Made by a program: the position numbers and the translations under genes. Below, piece by piece: positions 18,809-27,769 of a stretch of 64,000 bases of DNA. The notes below the pieces were generated by a model. That model did not search any database. It saw only the letters and a program-made list of their open reading frames with translations, and was not told the origin of the DNA. The stretch lies in NCBI GenBank assembly GCA_965203175.1, contig OZ241867.1:1664001-1728000 (forward strand), given 5' to 3'. This DNA is from Candidatus Latescibacterota bacterium. GTDB lineage: Bacteria; Latescibacterota; UBA2968; UBA8231. The first letter of the stretch is position 1; each line of letters begins with the position of its first letter.

Positions 18809-21800
18809 ATGATCAAGGCACTTAGCCGCATGGGTACTTGGAAGACCTATTCCACACACGATGGCCTGCCATCGCTGCGCATTGAACACATCGCCGAGGA
18901 TAGCGAGGGTTATATTTGGTTCGCCACCTGGGACAACGGAGTCAGCCGCTTTGACGGGGATGCGTTCCAGAATTTCACGACCCAGGACGGTCTTATTGAC
19001 GACCAAGTCTTCTTTATTCAGCAAGATCGTCAGGAGCGGTTGTGGTTTGGCACCTCAAAGGGAGTCTGCTGGTATGACGGCGCAGATTTCCACCCTTTGG
19101 AGGACGACGGCATTGCCGGCCGTTGGGTGCAGTTCATCTACGAGGATCGTCAGGGCCGTATCTGGTTGGGTGGCGAGGGTACCTTGGGGTATTACGACGG
19201 CACGGCGTTCCACGACCTGACTCCGCTCTACCGCCAGCAGTACCAGCAGCCTTCTTCTTATAGGTGGATCTCCCTTTGTCGGGGCATTGCCCAAGACCCA
19301 CAAGGCCACCTGTGGTTTGGCTTTAAGCATCTCTTCCGCTACGATGGCTCATCCTTCCACCGCTATAAAAAGAAGGAGGGGTTTCCCCGAGCTGAGGCTA
19401 GTTATGCGGTGGGCCAGGACCCTACCGGCAAGGTGTGGATCGGTTGGATTGAGAAAGGCCGATTTCAGCTCTATGCTAATAGCACCTTACAGGCGGCTGT
19501 TGAGGTCGGTGAGAATCCTTGGTTGCGTTACACTATGTGCGACCGAGAAGGTCGGATGTGGTTTTGCACGTTGGGTGGCGTGTTCTACCAAGACGAGGAC
19601 GGGTTCAGCCGATTTACCGCGGCCGATGGCCTACCCCATTCCGCGGTCAAAGCCGCGTTCCACGATCGCGAGCATCAGTTTTGGTTCGCCACGTGGAACG
19701 GCGTTGGGCGGTACGATGCGCATAGTATCAACGTTTTCGGCCTTCGTGCGAACGAATCTAGAACCCCGAGCGAAATCTCGCAGATCGCGCAAGACCGGCA
19801 CGGTGATATATGGATTGGGTATGCATCCCCTTATCTCAACCGTGAGAGCAAAAATTTCAAAAGCATCGCCCGCTTCGATGGCGAACACTTTACCTTCGTA
19901 GTTCCTGAGGAAGGCTCTAATATCGGCAACTGTTTCTCCATCTACGAGGACCTCGAGGGACACCTGTGGTTTGGCGGTGGCAATGGTCTATTCCGCTACG
20001 AAGGACAGAAGCTAAAGAAAAAGAAAATAGCGGCTGATTCAGACGCAGGGGGTATCAGCAGCATCACTCAAGACCGGGAAGGACGATTCATTTTCGGCTA
20101 TTGGGAACACTATACCATAAGCACGAGAAGAGAGTTTTTGGCCAGCCCATTAAAGATTGTGTACCAACAGGACGAGCAGCGCCAAACCATTTTTGCCGAG
20201 GACGACAAAAAGACACCTCTTAACCGCATTGGCACGGTGCTTGCCACGCGCAACGGCGAAATCTATTTCCACTTGACCAGTAGAAATAGCCCCGCGAGCG
20301 GCACCGGTTTCGCCCGCTGGCATCCGGAAGAGGGCCTCACATGGTATGGGGTTGAGGATGGACTGATAGACAACCATGTAAACGACTTGCTAGTAGACCG
20401 CCAGGACAACCTATGGATCGCTACGCTGGGCGGTATCAGTTACTTTGACGGCAACTCCTTCCGCGACCTCACAACCGAAGATGGCCTGCCTAGCAACCGC
20501 ATCCACTGTTTGTTCGAGGATGCGCGAGGACACCTCTGGATCGGTACAGACAAGGGTGTCGCTCTCTACGATGGTCGGCTCTTCCAGACCATCCAGTCAC
20601 CCCATATCGGATCGATTTGCCGCATACTCGAAGATCGCGACAGCACCTTCTGGTTGGGCACGGTCGTAGGTTCCATCATACACTACCGACCAAAGCAAAC
20701 GCCGCCCTTGATTCGCCTTATCCGGGTTACCACCGATCAGGTCTATGAGAATGTAGAGGACGTCTGCTCCTCTACGGTGGGACAGCCGGTGGTTTTCGAG
20801 TACAAGGGTCTGAGTTTTTCCACTCATCCCCGCGACATGCTCTATGAGTACCGCTTGCAAGGATACGACGCCGACTGGTGTCCCGCGACCCGGGAGTTGC
20901 GGGCTTGTTATCAGAACCTGCCGCCGGGAGACTACACCTTTCAAGTCCGGGCGATAGATCGAGACTTCAATTACTCAGAAACGGCGCAAGTGCCGCTCGC
21001 GGTAAAACCGGGGGCCGCGTTCTATGGGGGCAACCAATGGATCGGACAAACTAAGGGCTTGCGCCAGTTTCAAACCAAACTCACGGAGATGGCTCCCACC
21101 GATCTAACCGTACTGATTCTAGGCGAAACAGGGGTGGGTAAGGGGTCGGCGGCGCGGGCATTACATGAACTGAGTGCCTATGGCAACGGCCCTTTTATAC
21201 ATGTCAACTGCGGAGCCTTATCCCAAGCCTTGATCGACAGTGAACTCTTTGGTCGCGAAAACGAGAGGGCTAATACTGCTATTAGCAAAGTAGGCAAGGT
21301 GGAACAAGCCAAAGACGGCACTCTCTTTTTGGATGAAATCGGCGAGATACCGTTGGAAACGCAGGACAAGATCTTGCGCTTATTGGCAGAGCGCACGTTT
21401 GAGCGGGTTGGTGGCGACCAGACACTAACCGCGCAGACGCGTATTGTAGCCGCGGCTAGCCGCGACTTGGAGAAGATGGTACAGGCCGGTGTTTTTCGCG
21501 CGGAGCTGTATTCGCGCCTCCAGCTTTTTGCGCTGTACGTCCCGCCCTTGCGCGAACACAGGGAGGACATCCCGGCCCTAGTCGAGTTTTTCAAGAACCG
21601 CATGGCAGCCTACCTGGACAAGGAACCTGTCTCCTTGAGTCCCGAGGTTATGGAGATGCTGCACGCCTATGATTGGCCGGGGAATGTGCGGGAACTGGAG
21701 CATTTCATGCAGCGGGTAGTAATAGCGTGCAACGGCTCTCAAATCGGCACGACCGAGCTCATGCAGTGCGGTTTTGACATTGCAGACTCCACTCTTGGCC

Positions 21801-21997
21801 TTAAAGGAAGGGCGTTATCCGTTTCTCAAGGCCGCGAAATAATGCCACTGCTTGAATTTGAACGCCGCTATATTCTCGAAGTACTCAACGCTGCTAACTG
21901 GCGGGTCAAGGGCCCAAAAGGGGCGGCCGCTCTGCTGGGAGTGCCGCCTTCTACGCTGTACGGCAAAATGAGAAAGTTGGGTATTAAAAGTTCCTAG
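18809..21997 (+). CDS. Sigma54-interacting-type regulator: Reg_prop beta-propeller repeats + Y_Y_Y + AAA+ + Fis-like HTH
   Basis: Repeated EDxxGxLWxGT/DGL motifs; YRLQGYD...YQNLPPGDYTFQVRA; GETGVGK, FLDEIG, WPGNVREL, AAALLGVPPSTLY. Confidence 0.9.
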   Translation: MIKALSRMGTWKTYSTHDGLPSLRIEHIAEDSEGYIWFATWDNGVSRFDGDAFQNFTTQDGLIDDQVFFIQQDRQERLWFGTSKGVCWYDGADFHPLEDDGIAGRWVQFIYEDRQGRIWLGGEGTLGYYDGTAFHDLTPLYRQQYQQPSSYRWISLCRGIAQDPQGHLWFGFKHLFRYDGSSFHRYKKKEGFPRAEASYAVGQDPTGKVWIGWIEKGRFQLYANSTLQAAVEVGENPWLRYTMCDREGRMWFCTLGGVFYQDEDGFSRFTAADGLPHSAVKAAFHDREHQFWFATWNGVGRYDAHSINVFGLRANESRTPSEISQIAQDRHGDIWIGYASPYLNRESKNFKSIARFDGEHFTFVVPEEGSNIGNCFSIYEDLEGHLWFGGGNGLFRYEGQKLKKKKIAADSDAGGISSITQDREGRFIFGYWEHYTISTRREFLASPLKIVYQQDEQRQTIFAEDDKKTPLNRIGTVLATRNGEIYFHLTSRNSPASGTGFARWHPEEGLTWYGVEDGLIDNHVNDLLVDRQDNLWIATLGGISYFDGNSFRDLTTEDGLPSNRIHCLFEDARGHLWIGTDKGVALYDGRLFQTIQSPHIGSICRILEDRDSTFWLGTVVGSIIHYRPKQTPPLIRLIRVTTDQVYENVEDVCSSTVGQPVVFEYKGLSFSTHPRDMLYEYRLQGYDADWCPATRELRACYQNLPPGDYTFQVRAIDRDFNYSETAQVPLAVKPGAAFYGGNQWIGQTKGLRQFQTKLTEMAPTDLTVLILGETGVGKGSAARALHELSAYGNGPFIHVNCGALSQALIDSELFGRENERANTAISKVGKVEQAKDGTLFLDEIGEIPLETQDKILRLLAERTFERVGGDQTLTAQTRIVAAASRDLEKMVQAGVFRAELYSRLQLFALYVPPLREHREDIPALVEFFKNRMAAYLDKEPVSLSPEVMEMLHAYDWPGNVRELEHFMQRVVIACNGSQIGTTELMQCGFDIADSTLGLKGRALSVSQGREIMPLLEFERRYILEVLNAANWRVKGPKGAAALLGVPPSTLYGKMRKLGIKSS

Positions 21998-22063
21998 TCG
22001 TAGTGCTCTTGATCCAAGTGGGTGATTAGATCTTCACCCTGCAAGAAGCGCAGCATGTTCTTG
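21930..22063. repeat. 134-bp direct repeat copy A (EBP 3' end + decayed ino1 3' end)
   Basis: Matches 29458-29591 with about 7 mismatches by eye. Confidence 0.9.
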
Positions 22064-22132
22064 TTTCCTACTGCTTTACCACGGTCTGGTTAGCAACGCC
22101 CTTGTAGGGGGGACACGATGATCTCTACTGAG

Positions 22133-23386
22133 CTAGAAATTATACATCAGGCTCAGATCAACAAAGCTGTCGCGTCGGGTCTCGTAGTGGATATCCGCTT
22201 GGTCGATATTGAGAAGATAGATCGACTCTATATTCACGGACCACTGGTCAGCGATGCGCCGCTCCAACGCGACGGCCAGTGCGCGCGTAGCCCGGTCCAC
22301 ATCCCCCAGCATACTAGCGACAATTTCACTGCTCTGAACATCATTTAACGCAAGGCGCGCGGCGCAGAAGAAATCGTTTTCGAGCGTATTGGGCGAGCGG
22401 CTTGGAGTCGCATTGCGGCCGCGCCCATCGTAATTCCATTCGCCGAGCAGACTGAGATCGGCAACCGAGCCAAATACGGAATAGAACGTGTACTCTCCGC
22501 CAAAAACGGCAGCAACGTAATCCTCTTCCCTGCCGGACAGGTTGCGAGCGCCAGCGCGCTGAATGGCCTCCAGCTTGAACAACCAAGAGCCGACTGTTAG
22601 TTGAGCGTCCAGTCCAAACTGGCGGATCTGCGCGTAGTACTGACCTAAGGCCGGCGTGCCGCTACGGTCCAAGAGTAGCTTCAGAGCAGGCTCCCGACTG
22701 GTGCCATTAAATGCGCTCACACCCATATCGAGAAGTCCAAAACTGTGACTGTAGCGGGCGGTGAAATCCACGTGCCGCTCCTTGGCCTTGCTCTCGTACT
22801 CGACATGCTCGTCTTCTACCACGAGCGGCAGGCGCAGGCGGCCCGCTCGGCCCGGAAAGGTGCGGGCGCGGTGATAGGGCAGACCCAGTATTTCCATCAC
22901 ACCCCAATCACTGGACCAGGTGAGATAGACCATGGGTTGCCCTAGCTTGGCCTCTCCGGCCGGATGTTCGACGAAATCGACTTGGTTGACGATATCGACC
23001 AAGTGCTGCGATTCGGTGACGCCCCAGAACACCTGATCGATGCCCACGCGCAACTCCCATTCGCCGTCGCCGATTTCGCCGAATAGCAGCAAATAGGCTT
23101 CGCGCAGGTCGGCATGGGTGCGGCGTGAGTCGGTGTTGTCGTAGCGAAAGAACGGAGCGAGCGTGAAGCTTCTACCCTCGGCGTCTTCAAGGTAGAGTTG
23201 GGGCACTGCAACAAAGCCGCTCGCATGGGAGCGCTGGCCGGGATGAGCACCTGCTTCGGGAAACCATCGGCTTTCGGCGTTCAAGCGCCCGGAAAACTCG
23301 TGGTTAATCTCGGTTCCGGTCCGTGCATCGACGGCAAAGACCGAGGCCAAAATCCAGACAGCGCTGAGAGCCGCACGGAGTGGCAT
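22133..23386 (-). CDS. Outer-membrane beta-barrel protein of the kind associated with MMPL/LolA-like operons
   Basis: Signal peptide, DLREAY, VFWGVTES, C-terminal YNF. Confidence 0.75.
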   Translation of the reverse strand: MPLRAALSAVWILASVFAVDARTGTEINHEFSGRLNAESRWFPEAGAHPGQRSHASGFVAVPQLYLEDAEGRSFTLAPFFRYDNTDSRRTHADLREAYLLLFGEIGDGEWELRVGIDQVFWGVTESQHLVDIVNQVDFVEHPAGEAKLGQPMVYLTWSSDWGVMEILGLPYHRARTFPGRAGRLRLPLVVEDEHVEYESKAKERHVDFTARYSHSFGLLDMGVSAFNGTSREPALKLLLDRSGTPALGQYYAQIRQFGLDAQLTVGSWLFKLEAIQRAGARNLSGREEDYVAAVFGGEYTFYSVFGSVADLSLLGEWNYDGRGRNATPSRSPNTLENDFFCAARLALNDVQSSEIVASMLGDVDRATRALAVALERRIADQWSVNIESIYLLNIDQADIHYETRRDSFVDLSLMYNF

Positions 23387-23424
23387 CAACGCGCCCGTTT
23401 CAGCCCGGTTCGCGTAAAATCGCG
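23373..23424. repeat. 52-bp direct repeat copy A (LolA-like 3' end/OMP start junction)
   Basis: Matches 24612-24663 with 2 mismatches. Confidence 0.9.
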
Positions 23425-23523
23425 ATTATTTCTCCGGTCGCTTGAATGGATCGTAGCAACGAAGTCACTCATTCAAAACTCACTTCATCAGCGAATTCAA
23501 GTGTTCGGCTAAATCAAACTGAC

Positions 23524-23650
23524 TTAAACCAATATATATCTGATAATGCCGAGTTTATCAATGACAAACGTCGCCGGGCGGGCAATGCTGTTACTGAGAT
23601 TGTGATCCGCTAAGCCGATCCAATTGTATAACGGATAAGCCGAGTCATCC
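23524..23650 (-). pseudogene. Fragment of a peroxiredoxin/AhpC-TSA C-terminus
   Basis: IARPATFVIDKLGIIRY; no N-terminal catalytic region. Confidence 0.55.
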
Positions 23651-24103
23651 TTGTTGAACCACGCTGGGGGCGTTTCTAGTTCCGCGAAAAAATTGCACAA
23701 CAGCCTTGGCGCTTCCGCGCAGACCTTCGCGTTTTGTTTCATGCTGGCCATGATGAACCGCTTTGTTCTCGAATGCGTTGATGGCCGCGGCCTGAGATTC
23801 ATAAACCGGGACTCGCTCATCAAAGCCGCTGAATTCGACAATATCGCCGACCTGCTCAGAGAGTGTGCAAATGGCAAACTGTTTGTCCCGTTTGTTGAGA
23901 TTTTGAGCAATATAAAGACCCGTTTGAAGACCTGCGATGCTAATGTAAGACACTTGCTCAAAGTCCAAGATCACGGCATGAGCTCCCGAGTCAATTCCAG
24001 ATTCTATCATATTCTGGAATTCATCGGTGTTTCTAGCGTCAATGCGACCAACGAGCGTCGCAATAGAGATGCCGTCTTTCTGCTCCCACGTAACTGCTAG
24101 CAT
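23645..24103 (-). CDS. STAS-domain anti-sigma-factor antagonist (C-terminal tail probably read-through into a scar)
   Basis: GRIDA, ILDFEQVSYISIAGL, SGFD; SD GGAGG. Confidence 0.8.
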   Translation of the reverse strand: MLAVTWEQKDGISIATLVGRIDARNTDEFQNMIESGIDSGAHAVILDFEQVSYISIAGLQTGLYIAQNLNKRDKQFAICTLSEQVGDIVEFSGFDERVPVYESQAAAINAFENKAVHHGQHETKREGLRGSAKAVVQFFRGTRNAPSVVQQG

Positions 24104-24192
24104 TTGAATCTACCTCCCTTTGGAAGTTGTAATGTAGCTTTGCGATGACCCATCCCACGCCTGTGCGCAATTCTCTTTTGGGTACACGAGAA

Positions 24193-24210
24193 AAGCACTA
24201 TTCATGCCAA
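24193..24210 (-). promoter_or_regulatory. Putative sigma54 (-24/-12) promoter of the STAS gene
   Basis: TTGGCATGAATAGTGCTT with GG-N10-GC spacing. Confidence 0.6.
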
Positions 24211-24500
24211 CGCTTGTATAAAATAGATAATTGTCTAAAAATAAAGGATTTAGGAGATGTTGGGGAACCCGCAGAAGATTTTGGGCGATGTTGCAGAATG
24301 TGACCGCCAACCGCTCAGGCGACCCCTTTTCCCCTGTGGAGGAGAGTCTGCAACTGGTTGTTTATTGAGGGATTATAGGAAAAAGTCGAAAGAAAAGGCA
24401 GAGTATGTGTTGCAATCTACAACGTACGTCGCGTTCTGCAACGGAAGACGGTCGTGGAGAGTCTGTTGACGAAGTCGCTCGCAGAAGCAACCGGGAAATC

Positions 24501-24599
24501 GGGGATTCTATCGCAATCCTCAAAGGTCAGAGTACGATCACCCACGACCTCGTCGATCTCCTCCTCCAGCCGATGAATTGTCTCCGAAGTGTGCAACGC
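24501..24599 (-). pseudogene. Cytochrome P450-like fragment (J-helix region)
   Basis: HRLEEEIDEVVGDRTLTFEDCDRIP resembles the P450 pattern LREEIDAVLGDRPPTYEDLxRLP. Confidence 0.5.
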
Positions 24600-24611
24600 G
24601 ACCGCACATTG

Positions 24612-24663
24612 GCACGGAACGGCATCAACGCGCCCGTTTCAGCCCGGTTCGCGTAAAATCGCG
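24612..24663. repeat. 52-bp direct repeat copy B
   Basis: Matches 23373-23424. Confidence 0.9.
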
Positions 24664-25437
24664 GTCGTCTAGGTCTGTTTGAAATTGAAAATCCGTCCAA
24701 GTCAGCACGGTGCTTTTCCCAGTCAGATGATTTTCCATCGCCATCTCGCCAGCGCGCCAGTAACGCTCCAGGTACTGCTGATAATTCTCCAGCGTAAGCG
24801 TCTTCAAATGGGCATCCTTGCGGTCGTAGTACTCCACTTTCCACACGCGCAGCTCGTCCTTGTCGCGCCAGACCACTTGGCGGCTATAGCCGGATTTCTT
24901 ATCGACGGGAATGCGTTCGGAGACCGTGCAGGTCAAATCGCCGCAAGGCTCGTCGCGCAGGTAGCGGTAGGTGAATTTCTCCACGGCCTCGGCGGTCAGG
25001 TCCTCATAGGCAAATTCGCTCCCCATGAAGGAGCCGGACCGATTCGACGAACTAATGCGCTTGACTCGCTTCAGAGCGGGTAGGTAGAGCCATTGATCGT
25101 CCGCGCTTTCCCGATGCGCGTGAATGAGCAACGCCGTTCCCTGGACATCGCGCGGCTCATCGAACACAAACAGGCTTTTGTCGCCATCGTCGGAGACTTC
25201 GAGGACCTTTACTCGGAGCTGGCGTCGGCTCTCTTGTCCGTGTTTGTTGCGCAGCACCATGGTTTGTTGGGCCGTAAAGTTGCTAAAACCCGCCTCGCGA
25301 GCGCGAGAGTCCTGGGCGATTTTCAGTCCGATTTCCTCGGGGGTGGCGCTTTCGGAATGAGCAGGTACCGCGCCAAGATAAGTCAAAGTGATCAGACAAA
25401 GCGCGAAAAACGGTAGCATGAGTCGCGTAAAAATCAT
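24625..25437 (-). CDS. Outer membrane lipoprotein-sorting (LolA-like) protein
   Basis: EPRDVQGTALL, DDQWLYLPALKRVKRI, FMGSEFAYED; signal peptide. Confidence 0.88.
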   Translation of the reverse strand: MIFTRLMLPFFALCLITLTYLGAVPAHSESATPEEIGLKIAQDSRAREAGFSNFTAQQTMVLRNKHGQESRRQLRVKVLEVSDDGDKSLFVFDEPRDVQGTALLIHAHRESADDQWLYLPALKRVKRISSSNRSGSFMGSEFAYEDLTAEAVEKFTYRYLRDEPCGDLTCTVSERIPVDKKSGYSRQVVWRDKDELRVWKVEYYDRKDAHLKTLTLENYQQYLERYWRAGEMAMENHLTGKSTVLTWTDFQFQTDLDDRDFTRTGLKRAR

Positions 25438-27716
25438 GAATTTCTCCGGTCGATGGCAATCAGCAGCGTTGGCAGGAGTAGGAAATCGGCGACAAGCGCG
25501 AAGACAATCGTGATCGTGACCAAAAGGCCGAGCGCCCAGCTCACCTCAAATCCCGATGTGGCAAACACCAGAAAGCCGGCCGACAAGACCGCGGTCGTCG
25601 TCCATAAAGCGTGCCCCACCATGTGGAAGGCGGAGCGCACGGCCTTGGGTGCGGCAAGGCCCTCGCGCCGGGCCTTTAGATATTTGCTCAGAAAATGAAC
25701 CGTATCGTCCACGACAATGCCAAAGACAACGGCGATGACCACCGAGGAAGCAATGCCCACATGGCCGACGAGATAGCCCCACAGCCCAAAGCTCATAATG
25801 GCGGGGATGAAATTGGGCAGCAGACTGAGAAGCCCGACTCGCACGCTCTTGAAAATCCAAATCAGAATGAACGAAATGAGCGCCATAGCCGTTATCGTAC
25901 CGCGCAACATGCTGTTGATGTTGCGCAGCGACAAATGGGCAAAGACCACGCTCAGGCCCGATGCTTCTTGGGCAAAAGTGGGTGCATTGGCGCGCAGCCA
26001 GACCTGGGCGCGCTTATCGAGTTCGCGTATATCGCGCGACCACGCATTTTTGGTTGTCACGACTAGGCGCGTAGCGGATTTGGCGACGTCGATGCGATCG
26101 TTGAGATCGCTGCCAAACGGCAGTGAAAGTTCGTAGAGCAACAGGTACTGCGCTGCGAGGTCAGGATCGTCGGGTAAGCGGTAAAAGGCTGGATCGTCGC
26201 CGTGCATGTTTTTGTTGAGACGCTTCATAATGTCCGAAAACGCCTGGACATGAGTCACTTCAGGTTGCTGCCGGTACCACTCGGCGAACGCATCGACCTT
26301 GCGCAAATAGTCGGGATCAGTGATGCCGCCTTCGCGCCCGGCACTCAGCGAATATTCCAGCTTGTCTAACCCGGTCAGGTTATCAATGACATAATCCGTA
26401 TCGCGCCGGAACTCGTACCGCTCATCAAAGTACTGCGCCATGTTGTCGCTTAGCTCAATGCGGGGAATGCCTATTATCAGCACAACAATCACCAAGGACA
26501 TGGCCACAAGCAGGAATGTACTCCGAGCGATGACAAAGTCGGCGAAGCGGTCGAAAAAGGCCGTTCCCTCGGCTTGGACGCGACGCGCGCGCAATGGCAG
26601 AATCGAGAGCAATGCCGGCAGCAGCGTCATGGTGTATATGAGAGCGCACAATACGCCAAACGCCACGTAATTGCCCAAGACGTGAAACGGCGGCGAATCC
26701 GAGGCGTTCAGGCTGAGAAATCCAATTGCTGTGGTGACCGAGGTGATGAATACCGGATAGGCATTGATGCGAATCGATTCGACAATCGCCGCATTTCTAT
26801 CCAGACCGCGCCTCATACCCAGTAAAACACTCGTGACGATGTGGATCGAATCCGCAATGGCGATCACCATGACGATGATTGGCACGCCAGCGTTGGTGGG
26901 GCTGAACACCACGCCATTCCAGCCGGCAAACCCCATAGTGGTATTGATGACAAACACGAGCACGGCGACAATGGCCAACGTGCTGAGAATCGAGCGCAGG
27001 AGAATAATGGCGGCACCTACGATGATGAGAAACACAATAGGTGTCAGAGTCTGCATGTCGTCCTGTGTAGCATCGGAGAATGTCCGGTGCATGACGACAT
27101 CGCCGGTCATGTAATAGTCAATGTCCGGATGGCTCGTGCGGGCCTCGGCCAGGACCGAATGGAGATAATCGGTGATTTCGATTACGGCTTGGTCTTGATT
27201 TTCAGGCAGGATAAAGTTAATAGCCACCCCGGCCGTGCGTCCGTCGCGAGCGACCAAACGTCCGGCGATTTCGGTAGCATCCAACGCAATCTTTTCGATG
27301 CGCACCACATCGGTATCGCTCAGTGCAGATGCATCCTCGACGAGCGGAGCGACGACCAAATCGTCCTCAAATGCTTCGCTGTGGGTATAGTTGGTAAGAG
27401 AATTGACGCGACTGGAATACGGCGCGCGCCACGCAGCTTCGGTCAATTCCTCAATCGCGCCAAGCGCCTCGCGGGTGAACACCGAACCCGCGCGTGGCGC
27501 AATGGCAATCAGCGCCGCATTAGAGGCGGAATACGTGTTTTCCAAGGCGTCGAACGCGGCGAGTTGCGGATTGTCTTCGCTAAACAGAACGCGGTAATCG
27601 TTGGTAATGGTGATGAAGCGAGCACCCGCCGTGATGGCGAGCATGACCAGCGTTGCGAGCACGACGACCAGCCAGCGGCGGCGCAGCACAGCGGCGATGT
27701 AGCGTTCCAATCGCAT
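25434..27716 (-). CDS. MMPL/RND family transporter
   Basis: IAIADSIH, TTAIGFLSL, GIVVDDTVHF; about 12 TM segments with two periplasmic loops. Confidence 0.92.
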   Translation of the reverse strand: MRLERYIAAVLRRRWLVVVLATLVMLAITAGARFITITNDYRVLFSEDNPQLAAFDALENTYSASNAALIAIAPRAGSVFTREALGAIEELTEAAWRAPYSSRVNSLTNYTHSEAFEDDLVVAPLVEDASALSDTDVVRIEKIALDATEIAGRLVARDGRTAGVAINFILPENQDQAVIEITDYLHSVLAEARTSHPDIDYYMTGDVVMHRTFSDATQDDMQTLTPIVFLIIVGAAIILLRSILSTLAIVAVLVFVINTTMGFAGWNGVVFSPTNAGVPIIVMVIAIADSIHIVTSVLLGMRRGLDRNAAIVESIRINAYPVFITSVTTAIGFLSLNASDSPPFHVLGNYVAFGVLCALIYTMTLLPALLSILPLRARRVQAEGTAFFDRFADFVIARSTFLLVAMSLVIVVLIIGIPRIELSDNMAQYFDERYEFRRDTDYVIDNLTGLDKLEYSLSAGREGGITDPDYLRKVDAFAEWYRQQPEVTHVQAFSDIMKRLNKNMHGDDPAFYRLPDDPDLAAQYLLLYELSLPFGSDLNDRIDVAKSATRLVVTTKNAWSRDIRELDKRAQVWLRANAPTFAQEASGLSVVFAHLSLRNINSMLRGTITAMALISFILIWIFKSVRVGLLSLLPNFIPAIMSFGLWGYLVGHVGIASSVVIAVVFGIVVDDTVHFLSKYLKARREGLAAPKAVRSAFHMVGHALWTTTAVLSAGFLVFATSGFEVSWALGLLVTITIVFALVADFLLLPTLLIAIDRRNS

Positions 27717-27769
27717 AGATATTTTCTAAAGCGGCAAAAGCGACGAGTTGTGGATAACAGAACGCGGTC

